NCBI GenBank assembly: GCA_951406725.2
Contig: OX597839.1
Location: forward strand, 9,982,001-10,046,000
Reading direction: 5' to 3'
DNA length: 64,000 bases
DNA from: Octopus vulgaris
Taxonomy: Eukaryota
Under the pieces are notes generated by a model, which was not told where the DNA came from, did no database searches, and saw nothing but the letters and a program-made list of their open reading frames with translations. Shown here piece by piece: positions 1 to 13,092 of this stretch (positions are counted from its first letter, which is position 1; every line of letters starts with the position of its first letter). A program made the translations under genes and the position numbers.

Positions 1-287
1 GCATTCATCCAGCCGTCGATGCTCTTGGTGTCGGGGGTTGACCTGCTTTCTCTTCTGCGGGTCTTATGAATAGCAAAGGACCACGTTTTGGACTTCTCCC
101 ACTAGAGAGGCGCGATCTTGCAAGGTCTGGGACGAAGACCGCTTCGCTCAACAGCAACCGCTCGCTCAACAGCAACAACAACACTCTAGCACACACACAT
201 AATACCATTCAACTGCAGCAATAGGTAATCAAAGGAGTCTATAGAAGAAAGGTGACAAGGTGAAAAGATAAAAGTTCCATGCCATAC

Positions 288-456
288 CATAATGAGGTTC
301 TGCAGCTTCATAGTTATCCGTATGAAAGTGTTGAGGGTTGTTATAGAAACCTTTTGAAAATGATCGAGTGTGAGAAGGATTTGTGTAAGAGCTGGTGTAA
401 ATAGATTCATAGGGTTCGGCATGTCTGTGGTCATTGTGGTGGCAATGGTGGTGGTC
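288..456 (-). CDS. Uncharacterised gene, coding exon 13 (DHHHCHHNDH...AEPHY); the gene continues beyond the left edge
   Basis: Pyrimidine-rich acceptor ccttctctttcatcaaacag, donor G|gtatgg. 169 nt, phases 0/1. Confidence 0.75.
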
Positions 457-515
457 CTGTTTGATGAAAGAGAAGGAAGTGTGAGACCTGGCAAGTATAG
501 TTAAGCACACATGTA

Positions 516-551
<36 letters not shown>

Positions 552-716
552 GGCGCAGGAGTGGCTGTGTGGTAAGTAGCTTGCTTACCAACCACATGGT
601 TCTGGGTTCAGTCCCGCAGAGTAGCACCTTGGGCAAGTGTCTTCTACTCTAGCCTCGGGCCGACCAAAGCCTTGTGAGTGGAGTTTGTAGATGGAAATTG
701 AAAGAAGCCCATCGTA

Positions 717-767
<51 letters not shown>

Positions 768-774
768 ATATGTT

Positions 775-813
<39 letters not shown>

Positions 814-1325
814 TTACGTTCCTGTAACTTAGCGGTTCGGCAAAAGAGACCAATAGAATAAGTACTGAGGTTTCCAGCCTCCTCTGGCCCCTGTGCCGGT
901 GGCATGTAAAAAGCACCCACAACACTCACAGAGTGGTTGGCGTTAGGAGGGGCATCCAGCTGTAGAAACATTGCCAGGTCAGACTGGAGCCTGGTGCAGC
1001 CTCCTGGCTTCCCAGACCCTGGTCGAACCGTCCAACCCATGCTAGCATGGAAAATGGATGTTAAATGATGATGATGATGATGATATATATATACATATAT
1101 ATTCTTTTACTTGTTTCAGTCATTTGGTTGCAGCTATACTGGAGTATCGCCTTTAGTCGAATAAATCGATTCTAGGACTTATTCTTTGTAAGCCTAGTAC
1201 TTATTCTGTCAATCTCTTTTGCTAAACTGCTAAGTCACGGGGACGTAAACACACATCGGTTGTCAAGCGATGGAGTGGGGACAAATACAGATACAGACAC
1301 ACAAATATATACATATATATATATA

Positions 1326-2099
1326 TGATTGAATAAGTTGGAGTCAACAAGAAGGAGTACTGTTGGACATTTATTTGCAATCACTACAATTGTTTCCATG
1401 CAACATAGTTCTCCAGGCTTGCAGGCATTTGGCTATGTAACTGTTTCCCTGCATTATGAGATCTAGTTGTGTTTCTTCAGGCCATGTATAAATATTGCCT
1501 CTGTAAACTCAAATTCTCACCTTCAAGTGCATCCTACCTGTCTGTTGTAGCCTGCGAGTTAGTAGTAGCCACTGAATATGTATGTAAACGTATGGGTGTG
1601 TATAAATGTAGATATATACAAAACGATATATGTGTACATGTAAGCCAACCATCTGAATTCTTAAAGGTCAGCCAAGGACAATCACAAGTGTAGTCCACCA
1701 TGAGGAATAAATCAACAGTACAAAGAAATCAAATGCCAATCTCTTTCAAATGATAATCCCTGTTAAAGTAGCAAAACCACCATCCCACTCCATCCATACA
1801 TTCAAAGAGGTTTACCAACAGACTTTCAGCCATGACACATTTCTTGATACATTCAGTGGCTACTACTAACTTGCAGGCCACATAAGACAGATAGGATGCA
1901 CCTGAGGCTGAGAATTTGAGCTTACAGAGACAATATTTATATATCGCCTGAGGAAATACTTGATTTCATAATGCAGGAAAACAGTTACATAACTAAATAC
2001 CTGCAAGCCTGGGGAACTACATTGCATAGAAACAATTGTAGTGATGCAAATATATGTCCAATCATACTCCTTCTTGCTGACTCCAACTTATTCAATTAT
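1326..2099. mobile_element. Inverted-repeat element (~255-bp arms), each arm with an outward-facing hammerhead motif; Penelope pLTR-like
   Basis: Arms 1326-1583 and 1847-2099. Plus motif atcgc-CTGAGGA...GAAA-caattg-TA-gtgat at 1943-2045, with a mirror motif at 1380-1485. Confidence 0.65.
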
Positions 2100-3029
2100 C
2101 TATTCATATATACTACAGAAGCCCAAACACAAATCTGGCAGTACATATAATACTACTACTGGATAGCACTGGGTGAAATCTGAAGGTGGGCAGGACTTAT
2201 ACTGTACTCTATTACAGGCACAAGCATGACTGTGTGGGGAAAAGCTTGCTTCCCAACCACATGGCTCAGGGTTCAGTCCCACTGCATGACATCTTGGGCA
2301 AGTGTCTTTCCACTATAACCTCAGGATGACCAAAACATTGTGAGTGGATTTGGTAAATGCAAACCCCCTTGTATGTATGTATATATGCCCAAGTACCTCA
2401 TTTTCATCTATCTATTACTTCACTCAACTTGAGTAATAAAGGTAGAATGAGGTATTTTTACCTCTTGGTTGAAAAAGCTGTAAGTTATTTTCCAAATTTA
2501 TATTCATGTTTGTTATTTTATAATAATTACTGGTATCCTTATATATTACTATAATTTATATCTTATATGTAAAGCATAATATGTTATATGTATGTATATT
2601 ATTGTAATTATCAGTTTAGTAAATAAATAAATAAATAAGTTAACATAATATAATGCCTAAAAGTTGATGAACCACCTATTGATCCCCTCCATTTTCATAT
2701 TGCTATATATATATATATATATATATACATATATAAATATATATATATACATATATATATATATACATATATACATATATATATATATACATATATATAT
2801 TTGTGTGCGTATTTGTGTCTATGTTTGTCTTCCTATCACCGCTTGACAACAGGTGCTGGTGTGTTTATGTCCCCCTTAACTTAGTGGTTCAACAAAAGAA
2901 ACCAATAGAAAAATAAGTATTGGTGTTGATACATTCAACTAAAAATACTTCAAGGTAGTGCTCCAGTATAGCCATAGTCCAATGACTGAAACAAGTAAAA
3001 AATAAAAGATGTACACACACAGGTATATA

Positions 3030-4179
3030 TATTGGGTCATCCCATAAATAATGCAGGTTTTTTTATACTTTTTTTTTATTTTTCAAAATTAAGGTAAACA
3101 AAGTGTTTTTTTTAAATCTAAAATATACTCTCCCTCATTTTCTACAATACTTTTCCATCTATCTGGTAGACTTGCAACATCCCTCTTCCAAAATTCACTT
3201 GTCCATAACAGAAAATACTCCTCCAGTACTGTTCTCATCTTGCCTACAGAATTCATATTTTTTCCATCCAAATGATTTTGAAGACTGAGAAACATATGAT
3301 AATCAGATGGGGCAATGTCCGGCAAATATGGTGGTGGGGCAGCATTTCCCATTCAAACTGCTCCAACCTTTGGAATGTGGCCAAGCATTATTCTGATGGA
3401 CGAACACCTTTCGTCTTGAAACCAAAGATGGTCGTTTTTCTTCTAGCACTGACTTGAATGACTGGTTGAAAGACCAAATCCAAGTTTCTCTGTTAGTTCC
3501 TCAACGGTTACAACGGCGAGCTGGCAGAAACGTTAGCATGCCGGGCGAAATGCTTAGTGGTATTTTGTCTGCCGTTACGTTGTGAGTTCAAATTCCGCCG
3601 AGGCCAACTTTGCTTTTCATCCTTTCGAGGTCGATAAATTAAGTACCAGTTACGCACTGGGGTTGATGTAATCGACTTAATACCTATGTATGTCCTTGTT
3701 TGTCCCCTCTGTGTTTATCCCCTTGTGGGTATAAAAACATAGGTTACAATGGGATCTTGTTCCACCAGGGTTTGTTGGACTTCCTCATTGAGCTCTACAG
3801 GTCTTCCAGGACGAGGCTTGTCTTCTAGGCTCTAGTTTCTGGCTAAAAAATTCTAGAACTACCGTTGACACTGGCTTACACTTGTCTGATCCCCATATAC
3901 TGCATTAACATTCCTCACATTTTCCATTGCATTGTTGCCTTTATTGAACGAATAAAGTAAAATATGCCAAATATGCTCCTTTGTCACTTCCATTATAGCT
4001 TTGAAAAAACAACTGTTAAAATCGAACTGCACTCTTTAAAACTTGCACTAAGAATAAGTACAAGGTAAAATTATTACCTGCTTTTATAGCAAATTGATGC
4101 AGGTAGTTTATCCCATGCCCCTCTGACTATTTAGTTCATGCAACTGAAAAAACCTAATTATTTATGGGATGACCCAATA
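3030..4179 (-). mobile_element. Decayed mariner transposon with a SINE inserted at about 3514-3742
   Basis: TIRs ttgggtcatcccataaataa / ttatttatgggatgacccaa in TA context. YLPDIAPSDYH corresponds to the YSPDLAPSDY motif (ORF 3089..3352). Confidence 0.85.
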
Positions 4180-4190
4180 TATAAATATGT

Positions 4191-4273
<83 letters not shown>

Positions 4274-4825
4274 AATTCAGGGTGAATACTTGATAAATGT
4301 AAGCACCTGTATATGCCAGCTAGTAGCAGAGGTGAGAGGATATATGCATCAAATGAAATAAGAAACAGAACACAAAGGATGTCGCGGTATCCTTTGTGTT
4401 CTGTATATACATATACATACATATACACACACATATACATACACACTCACACACAAATATAAATATGCATACATACATATAAATACAGACATAATGCACA
4501 CAAAAAAAATGTTAGATACATAAAGTATCAAAATATTAACAAATTTAAGATACAAGCAATTCTAACTCAAATTATGCTCATTACCTCTAAATAGCTAACA
4601 CACATACTAATTATCCTGGCACTGATTAACCTTTATAAACTGTAAATCTACAATCTTATCTCACAAACAACGTTATTATTACAAAGTGTGTCATACAAAC
4701 AATTAACCTGGAAACTGTTAAACCAGATATACCTATGAGTTGTCCTACAGATTTTTAGCCTGGAAATTCTTATCTTACAGTGTGGTAAATCAGCTCTTCC
4801 AAAAGTTGTTTTTTTTTATCTTTTA

Positions 4826-5189
4826 CTACCATTATGACCCGGTGTTGCCAGGTCATAGTGCTAGTGCATGCATATACAGCTGCGTGCGTGTGCACATACA
4901 CGCGAGTACTGTCCAAATCTCCGACCAATTACATACAGCTAGCTGGCATTCAATTGGCGTATCAAGTTTCGGGCATTTTGAATGGGTTTTGGATAGAAAA
5001 TTCACAAAAAAGTCACTTCTATTGATTTTTTAATGGCTTTGCGGGGTGACTGGGGAAATGTAAAGATGTGCACGACCACCCTTGGACGGTTTTGAATGAC
5101 CATAGAAAGTGCGAGCCCTCTAACTCAAAAATTGTGGATTTGTATAAAGGACACACACAGAGACATTTTGCTGTTTATATATAGAGAGA
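4826..5189 (-). mobile_element. Non-autonomous Helitron
   Basis: 5' TC followed by an AT run, 3' hairpin atgacccgg...ccaggtcat near the end. Second copy at 25635-25977. Confidence 0.7.
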
Positions 5190-6490
5190 TTTGTTTTAGT
5201 CATTAGACCGTAGCCGTGCTAGGGCACTGCCTTGAAGGATTTTCAGTCGAATGAATTGACACCAGAACTTATTTTTTCAAGTCTGGTACTCACTCAATCT
5301 ATTGGTTTCTTTTTGCCAAACCACTATGTTACAGGGATGTAAACACACCAATGTCAGTTGTCAAGTGGTGGAGGGAGACAAACACAGACACAAAGACACA
5401 CATACATACACACACACACATGACAGACTTCTTTCAGTTTCCATCTACCAACTCCACTCACAAAGATTTGGTTAGCCAAACCTATAGGAGACACTTAACC
5501 AAGGTGCCGTGCAGTGGGACTGAACCTGGAACCATATGGTTCAGAAGTAAGCTTCTTACCACGCAGCCATACTTGTACCTATATAGATACACACACACAC
5601 ACATGCACAGAGCAGGCTTCTTTCAGTTTCTGTCTACCAAGTCTACTCACAATGCTTTGGTTGGCCCAAGGCTATAGTAGATGACACTTGGCCAAGGTGC
5701 CACACAGTGTGACTGGACCTGGAACCATGTAGTTGGGAAGCAAGCTTCTTATCACACAACCACAACTGTGCCTAGTCTTTGGCTCTCCCAACACAGACTA
5801 TTACCTTACAAACTTTTATCCCATAAACTGCAATCTGATTAAGTGTTAGCCCATAAATTATTACTGAGTAAACTGCTATCAATATAACTGTTAATCCATA
5901 ATTTGCTATTGTCCATAACTTATTTCTTTACTACCCACAAGGGGTTAAACACAGAGAGGACAAACAAGGACAGACAAATGGATTAAGTCGATTATATCGA
6001 CCACAGTGCGTAACTGGTACTTAATTTATCGACCCTGAAAGGATGAAAGGCAAAGTCGACCTCGGTGGAATTTGAACTCAGAACGTAATGGCAGACGAAA
6101 TACCTATTTCTTTACTACCCACAAGGGGCTAAACACAGAGAGGACAAACAAGGACAGACAAATGGATTAAGTTGATTATATTGACCCCAATGCGTAACTG
6201 GTACTTAATTTATCGACCCCGAAAGGATGAAAGGCAAAGTTGACCTCGGTGGAATTTGAACTCAGAATGTAACGGCTATTGTCCATAACTGCAAACCTAC
6301 AAACTGCTAGCCTACAAATTGTGGACAAACTGCTCACACAGATTGTTATCCCCCTAATTCCTATTCAAAATACTAGCTCATAAACCGTTATCCCACAAAC
6401 CACTATCAAATAAGTGATTAGCCCAAAAATTGTTGTTACCCAATAGTTTATAAATTTTAGTAAAAACGGGCAAAGAATTCATACACTTAC

Positions 6491-6540
6491 CTTCTGATGC
6501 CTCGATGGAATTTTATCATACATGTCATCAATCATATAAA
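6491..6540 (-). CDS. Uncharacterised gene, coding exon 12 (VYMIDDMYDKIPSRHQK)
   Basis: tctctgttgttacag acceptor, AAG|gtaagt donor. 50 nt, phases 1/0. Confidence 0.8.
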
Positions 6541-7033
6541 CTGTAACAACAGAGAAACAGTCACTTATATTCATTAGTGTGACTAATTAGTAATTGGAGA
6601 ATTCTTTTATCTATATAGGGAAGATAAAGTAGCTAGGTATATAGGGTATATGAGGTTACATGCTAACAGTGAGCTAATGATCCTTAAATGTAAAGTATAG
6701 CTGTCTAGATGTAAAATTTCTGTTTTACCATACCATCTATATCTAGAGCTGAAATAATTTTCTGGCCTTAAATACTGATTTCAATTCAGGTCTTCATATT
6801 TGATTCCATATTTACTATATATACTTATAGGTAATGGAGGCCAATACAAATCGGTCAAGAAGTCCTTTGCTTTCTGAGACTAAATGTATAGTAGGACTGA
6901 ACTCAGAACCATGTGGTTGGGAAACAAACTACTTACCACATAGCTACTCTTGTGCCTAGAGAAAATTCAAAGGGCTATTACCTCTGTTGGCAACAAAAGA
7001 TCTCTCTCATAGTGAATAGCAGATTGTATGAAC

Positions 7034-7505
7034 AGTATGAACTCGAAAGAGTCCAGAAGCTGGCTACCCGCATGGTTCTTGGTCTCAAGCATTTGTCTTA
7101 TGAAGAAAGGCTGAAGACGCTTGACCTTTATTCTCTAGAAAAATGATGATGCCGTGGTGATCTCATTCTCGCCCACAACATCATAAGCAGAAAGTGTAGC
7201 CTCTCGAAAGAGCTGTTCTTTGCTCCTGCTCCAGAGCGTCGGCTGCAGGGTCACTCTGAAAAGCTCTATCTGCGACGATTTCATCTCAATCGAAGGAGAG
7301 GGGCTTTCTCCATCCGGGTTGCGGATCTGTGGAATAAGCTGCCAGACGAGATAGTGAAGATGACGATGACCGCTTGGTTCAAAGACTCTCTTGATCAGAA
7401 ATGGCCTGAACTCTTTGCATGAACATCCTCCCTGTACATAACTTCATGTCCCCCTACATGGCCTTGCTTTTTGCTTTTTGAGCCAAAAAATTAACTTAAC
7501 TTAAG
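7034..7505 (+). mobile_element. 5'-truncated CR1-clade LINE
   Basis: LERVQKLATRMV...LSYEERLKTLDLYSLE...RGDLI...WNKLP, ending in a (TTAAC)n tail. Confidence 0.85.
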
Positions 7506-8067
7506 TAATATTACATGGTAGTGAGATGTGGGCTCTGAATGTAGAGCACATACAAAGATTCTTATGCTCTGAAAGATGTACAATGTCAGTGTGCATGGAC
7601 AAAGTGCAAATATGTTAGCAGAAAAATTAAGCATAAGAGGAATCTAATGAAGCATGCAAGAGAGAAGACTGCATTGGTTTGGTTGTGATGACAAAGGACT
7701 GAGATGGTTGGCAACTTGCTGTGCACACTTGCTTATGCTTGTATGTGTTGAGCCCTACACCCAATTTACCCATGTCAAGCATTCCTCCATCAACAGCTCA
7801 TCCTCCAGACAACTATCCTTCCATCACTCTTCTAACTATGATACTACTCAGGTGTTGTAATAATTTGAAAACAGAATTAGCACATGCTTCACCCCTCTCC
7901 CCTTTGGCACTACCAGTCACTTTCCACGGATCACCAACTTTCTCTGCCTTCAATAATCTCTCTCACCCCTCTGAGTTACATCTTCGCAATACCTAATCTC
8001 TTCTATCAGCTAACATTCTCAATACCTTCTCATATTCATTATCAATACCCTACACACACCTTTGTTG

Positions 8068-8600
8068 ACTGACAGCATTCACCCGGGGTGGGTTGAGCTG
8101 GCTTCATTCATCCTCAATGCTGCATCTCTCACAAATGCCGACCAGGCCTGGCGATTTGAGGCTAATGATCGCGTGATCTCCACCACTCCTTATTCCAGCG
8201 GCGAATGCTGTAGATGTGGGGGCCTAGATTGGGTTCCAGATCAGCCTTGCCTGTCATCAGCCAGGTTTTTCGTTGTCCACACGAAATAAATGTGTAACTA
8301 TATATTACCTCATCGTGGTAAGGGGGTGAAACGGGAGTGTCAGAACTATGCCGTCGGCGACTTCGGTTTCTGGTAGGGCCACCCAAGGTGGATTGTTCTG
8401 ACACCCAGCAGTATCAGGGCCGCACCCAGCTAATGGGGCTCTGGAGAACAGAAGCGTCTGATCCGGCAACCCGTCCTGTCCCTGCGTCTGTGGAAAATCT
8501 ACGGCAAACAAAACGTTCTCCCAACAGGGATATACTTGTGGCTGGGGACCGCTAGCGAACTTCCTATTCCCAAGATCCTTCAAATATTCCTCATGTGTAT
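8068..8600. mobile_element. RTE-derived insertion with a 13-bp TSD and an internal inversion
   Basis: TSD cacacctttgttg at 8055-8067 and 8601-8613. Minus-strand RTE C-terminus (GQRKTWL...RRWNKEW) plus a plus-strand RTE 5'UTR-like segment. Confidence 0.6.
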
Positions 8601-10121
8601 CACACCTTTGTTGCTCCACTCACTTTAGCTACCCTCACGTATCTCTGACTTCCATCCCTGTCACTTCATCACAGTCTGCTTCCCTCTCTAATCTCACACT
8701 CTGCACATCATCCCTTACATTCTGATATATACACAGATACATGATATTACCATTCTCCTGAGCTGCTGCTTCTCCCCTCTTCCTTCCTAAGCCACTTCTA
8801 TCTCTCCCTCCCCTCCATACTGATATTTACCATTAACCCACACCTTCATCCTTTTTCATCCCTCACTACATCCTCCTCCAACTCAGTCTCTAACCTCTGT
8901 CACTCCTCCCAAACTCTTGAAAAGTTACTTACCCTTTACTTCCCTCCTGATCCATAATTCTCTTATATTCCCCTTCTGGCACCTTGAGTGTATGCTCTGG
9001 CACCCCATCAACACCATCTTTGTCTCCTTTCCAGCAGCTATCACTCACCATCATATAATGTGGGGGTAGTCATGAATCTCCTCTATATCAAGATCCCAGT
9101 GTTTGTCTCTTTTCATACTTTAGCCACCGGTACCTAACATAAAGCTCCTCCCGTTTTCTCAAATACATTCCACCAAACTGGACCTTGTGCTGGTGGCACG
9201 TAAAAGCACCCACTACACTCTCGGAGTGGTTGGCGTTAGGAAGGGCATCCAGCTGTAGAAACTCTGCCAGATCAGATTGGAGTCTGGTTTGCCAACCCTC
9301 AGTCAAATTGTCCAACCCATGCTAGCATGGAAAGCGGACGTTAAGTGATGATGATGATGATGATTCCCATTCAGTTGAGGAGCTTTTTCTTTCTTTCTTT
9401 ACTTTGATGAGTGCATGTGTGTACAAGGCATTTCATATTTTTTCTCAGTCAATCCTTTCATCATCATCATCATCATCATCGTTTAACGTCCGTTCTCCAT
9501 GCTAGCATAGGTTGGACGGTTTGACCGGGATCTGGGAAGACAGAAGGCTGCACCAGGCCCCAGTCTGATCTGGCAGTGTTTCTACAGCTGGATGCCCTTC
9601 CTAACGCCAACCACTCCGTGGTGTAGTGGGTGCTTTTTAAATGCTACCGGCACAGGTGCCAGGCAAGGCTGGCAATGGCCATGATCGGATGGTGCTTTGT
9701 ATGTGCCACAGGCACAGAAGCCAATCAAGGCAGCACTGGCATTGGCCACGTTCGGATGGTGCTTTTTACGTGCCACCAGCACAGGGATCACAACTACAAT
9801 TTCCATTGATTTTTGATGTTGATGTTTACACAGAGTATTACCATAATCACATCCAACCCTTGGTGTCATGTCCTATGGGTGTAACAATATCAGAGTGTAA
9901 ATCACAACAAAGCTGACACAGACACACATACAAACACACATCTCTCTTATGCTTTTACTTTTTTCAGTCCTTGCACTGAGTTGTAATTAAAACCTGAAAG
10001 CTTTTTAGTCAATCGAATTAACCTGAATATTTATTTCTTTTTAAAGTAAGTAAAGTCTTGTATTTATTCTATTAGTCTCCTATTGCTGAACTGCTAAGTT
10101 ATAGACACAAATGGAAGATCC

Positions 10122-10546
10122 GGATCTTTTCGGTTTGAATGGCAGTTTTTTCTAGCGGTGTCATATGAAATTGTCACCTATAATTGTGACCCTAGTATCG
10201 ATTTATTGCATTTCAATCTGTTTTAGGGTTAGGGTTAGGGTTAGGGGTGGGGAGAAGGGTATCTTTTTTCTTCAGAAATGTAAATAAACCCAATCTGTTT
10301 CTTAAACGAGGGACATATTCATATGGCACAGAATGTTTTTTTTACCTCAATAGACGTCATTGATTGGTTGAAATTGAAGAAATTGAAGAAAAACAACAAC
10401 AAATATCTTACAAACTATAGAATTTTCTCAATAAAGCCAAGAGAAAAAGATGTTTTATAAACACATTCTACCAGTATACGAAGTTTAAAAGTGTTTAGTT
10501 ACGTGGAAATTATTTTAAAAAACTGCCGTTCAAACCGAAAAGATCT
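10122..10546 (+). mobile_element. Merlin-like MITE with internal TTAGGG repeats
   Basis: ~28-bp TIR GGATCTTTTCGGTTTGAA(C/T)GGCAGTTTTT, 8-bp TSD gaagatcc. Confidence 0.85.
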
Positions 10547-10662
10547 GAAGATCCTTCATCAAGTGTTTTATCATCACCACCACCATCAACATCATTGCAA
10601 CCATCACCACCACCATTTATGCGTTGTTGTAGCTAAAGGTAGGTTAATTAAATCACATTTAC

Positions 10663-10789
10663 CTGTGTCATTGAAGTGTACTCCTCGTGATTTGTTCTTC
10701 GGCGTATGTCTTGTCAGTGACAAAGTTCTTCGCCTGTCTTTCTCATTTATCCAGTCTGTCTCTTGGTATTCATCAGAGTCTGAGAACAC
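10663..10789 (-). CDS. Uncharacterised gene, coding exon 11 (VFSDSDEY...VHFNDT)
   Basis: ttttttcag acceptor, CAG|gtaaat donor. 127 nt, phases 0/1. Confidence 0.8.
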
Positions 10790-10879
10790 CTGAAAAAATG
10801 ACAGGGGAGTGCAGAATCACATTTCTGATTTATACAGATCAATTTTTGCAAACATACATACATAAATACATACATATTG

Positions 10880-11936
10880 TAGGGAATTAGTAATAATGGT
10901 ACAACCCTCCCACATTCATGCTGACACTCCTGCTTTATCAAAAGTGTAAAAATGGGATTTCGAAGGGGAAGGGAGAGTCTTGAAGATGACCCAAGATTTG
11001 GACATCCTGAAACTGCCATCACTGAGGAAAACATTTTATGCTGATGGATGACAAGTGATTAACTAGCTCTATCTGCGACGATTTCATCTCAATCGAAGGA
11101 GAGGGGCTTTCTCAGTCCGGGTTGCGGATCCGTGGAATAAGCTGCCAGACGAGATAGTGAAGATGCCGACGACCGCTCGGTTCAAAGTCTCTCTTGACCA
11201 GAAATGGCCTGAACTCTTTGCATGAACACCCTCCCTGTACATAACTCCATGTCCCCCTACATGGCCTTGCTTTTTGCTTTTTGAGCCAAAAAAATTAACT
11301 TAACTTAACTATAAATCAAATAGTCAATGCTATTAGCATATTCTGTGAGAGAGTTGAGAATATTCTGCACAATGTACTTGGCATGGCAAAGGCTTCTGCT
11401 TGGTTGGTGCCACGTTTTCTAACCCCTGATCAAAAGTGCACCAGGCTGATCATATTATGGGAAAATCTGGCATTGTTTGAGGCATGTCCAGCTGGTTTCC
11501 TTGAACATTTCCTAACCCAGGATAGTGTTGGCTTCATCACTTGGAGCCAGAGACAGAGACAATCCATGCAGTGAAAAAAAAAACCCTCCTCCCCTGCCCC
11601 GCAAAAAGCCAAGGTTGTTTCATCCCCTGGGAAGGCAATGGCCTCGGTTTTCTGGGATGCAAAAAGCACTATGTTTATTGACTATCTTTAAAAGGGCCAC
11701 ACCATCAATGGAGAGTGCAGTGCCAACTTGCTGATGCAATTATGAAAGACTATCAAGACCAAACACCTAGGCAAACTGACAAAAGAGGTCTTATTTCATC
11801 AGGATCCAAGCACTGCAACACCAATGGAAAAAGTGTGTGAACATCAAGGAGGACTATGTTGAAAAATAAACCTCATTTGGTCACATTCCATGAGAGTATC
11901 TTGGTCAGCCTATGAACTTTGCAACCAACCCTCATA
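10880..11936 (+). pseudogene. Decayed mariner transposase remnant interrupted by a CR1 3' end
   Basis: ESLEDDPRFGHP and AKASAWLVPRFLT (WVPR-like) motifs, many frameshifts, TIR-like end near 11936. Confidence 0.75.
11064..11310 (+). mobile_element. Second 5'-truncated copy of the same CR1 family
   Basis: Near-identical to 7262-7505, with the same tail. Confidence 0.85.
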
Positions 11937-12272
11937 CATCATGGTTTGGCAACAGTTGGGCCACTAAGGAACTGTAGTGGACTTCAAACTTTTGCTAAAA
12001 TATTTAAAATTTAAACTGCAGACCATTGAACCATTCATGGCTTTTAGATAATCTTTTGCGTCTTTACCTGTTCAGCTTTTGCTTACTCAAAGTATCACAA
12101 ACAATTTTCCTCAAGCCTGTGCATGTGTTTTACAATTAGGAAAGCAGAAAATGCACGTGCACAAGACTTCCAAGATAAAATGCTACATGGTATTTTTCCA
12201 ACATTCTATCTTACCTCTTCGTTTTTATTTTACTTGTTTCAGTGTACTAACAATTCTACCAACTTGCCGATT

Positions 12273-12314
<42 letters not shown>

Positions 12315-12321
12315 GTGATAC

Positions 12322-12371
12322 CTGACTGTTCAAAGTATGACCACCTTTCATCAACATCCCTGGAAATTGAC
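12322..12371 (-). CDS. Uncharacterised gene, coding exon 10 (CQFPGMLMKGGHTLNSQ)
   Basis: ttctacctttag acceptor, CAG|gtatca donor. 50 nt, phases 1/0, needed to reconcile exons 9 and 11. Confidence 0.75.
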
Positions 12372-12797
12372 CTAAAGGTAGAATATAAAGCATTCACAGT
12401 TGATGGAAAACAACTACAGTAACAACAGCAACAACAATAATAATCCTTTCTATTAAAGGCACAAAGCTTGAAATTTGCAGGGAGGGGATTAGTCAAGAAT
12501 AACATATAATAACAAATAAGGTAAGAATATGCATGTCTGTGGATTTACGGTACCATGCACTAATATATACTTTAGCATGGTTTCTATCACCGGAAGCCCT
12601 TCCTAATGCCAGTCACTTTATAGAGTATACTGGGTGTATTTTTCACAGCAAGAGAACTAAAGAAGATCTTGTAACTTGTAACGCTGAGGGCCTGAAGTGG
12701 TTCCTATAACAGGGAGAACAGAAGAGAGAGTGGGCGATGTTTCTGGACAATAGACGAGGGGAGGTAAGGTAAGTAAGGTAAGAGTAACAGATTTATA

Positions 12798-13092
12798 GAT
12801 ATCTTTTCGGTTTGAATGGCAGTTTTTTCTAGCGATGTCAAATGAAATTGTCACCCATAATTATGACCCTAGTATCGATCTATTGCATTTCAATCTGTTT
12901 TAGGGTTAGGATTGGAGTTAGGGTTAGGGGTGGGAAAAAAAACAACAAATATCTTACAAACTATAGAATTTTCTCAATAAAGCCAAGAGAAAAAGATGTT
13001 TTATAAACACATTCTACCACTATACGAAGTTTAAAAGTGTTTAGTTACGTGGAAATTATTTTAAAAAACTGCCGGTCAAACCAAAAAGATCC
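12798..13092 (+). mobile_element. Merlin-like MITE (internally deleted)
   Basis: Same TIRs, TSD gatttata. Confidence 0.85.

Noticed and set aside
10221-10250. TTAGGG repeats as a telomere or fusion relic
   Set aside because: They always lie inside the Merlin-like MITE, between TIRs and TSDs.
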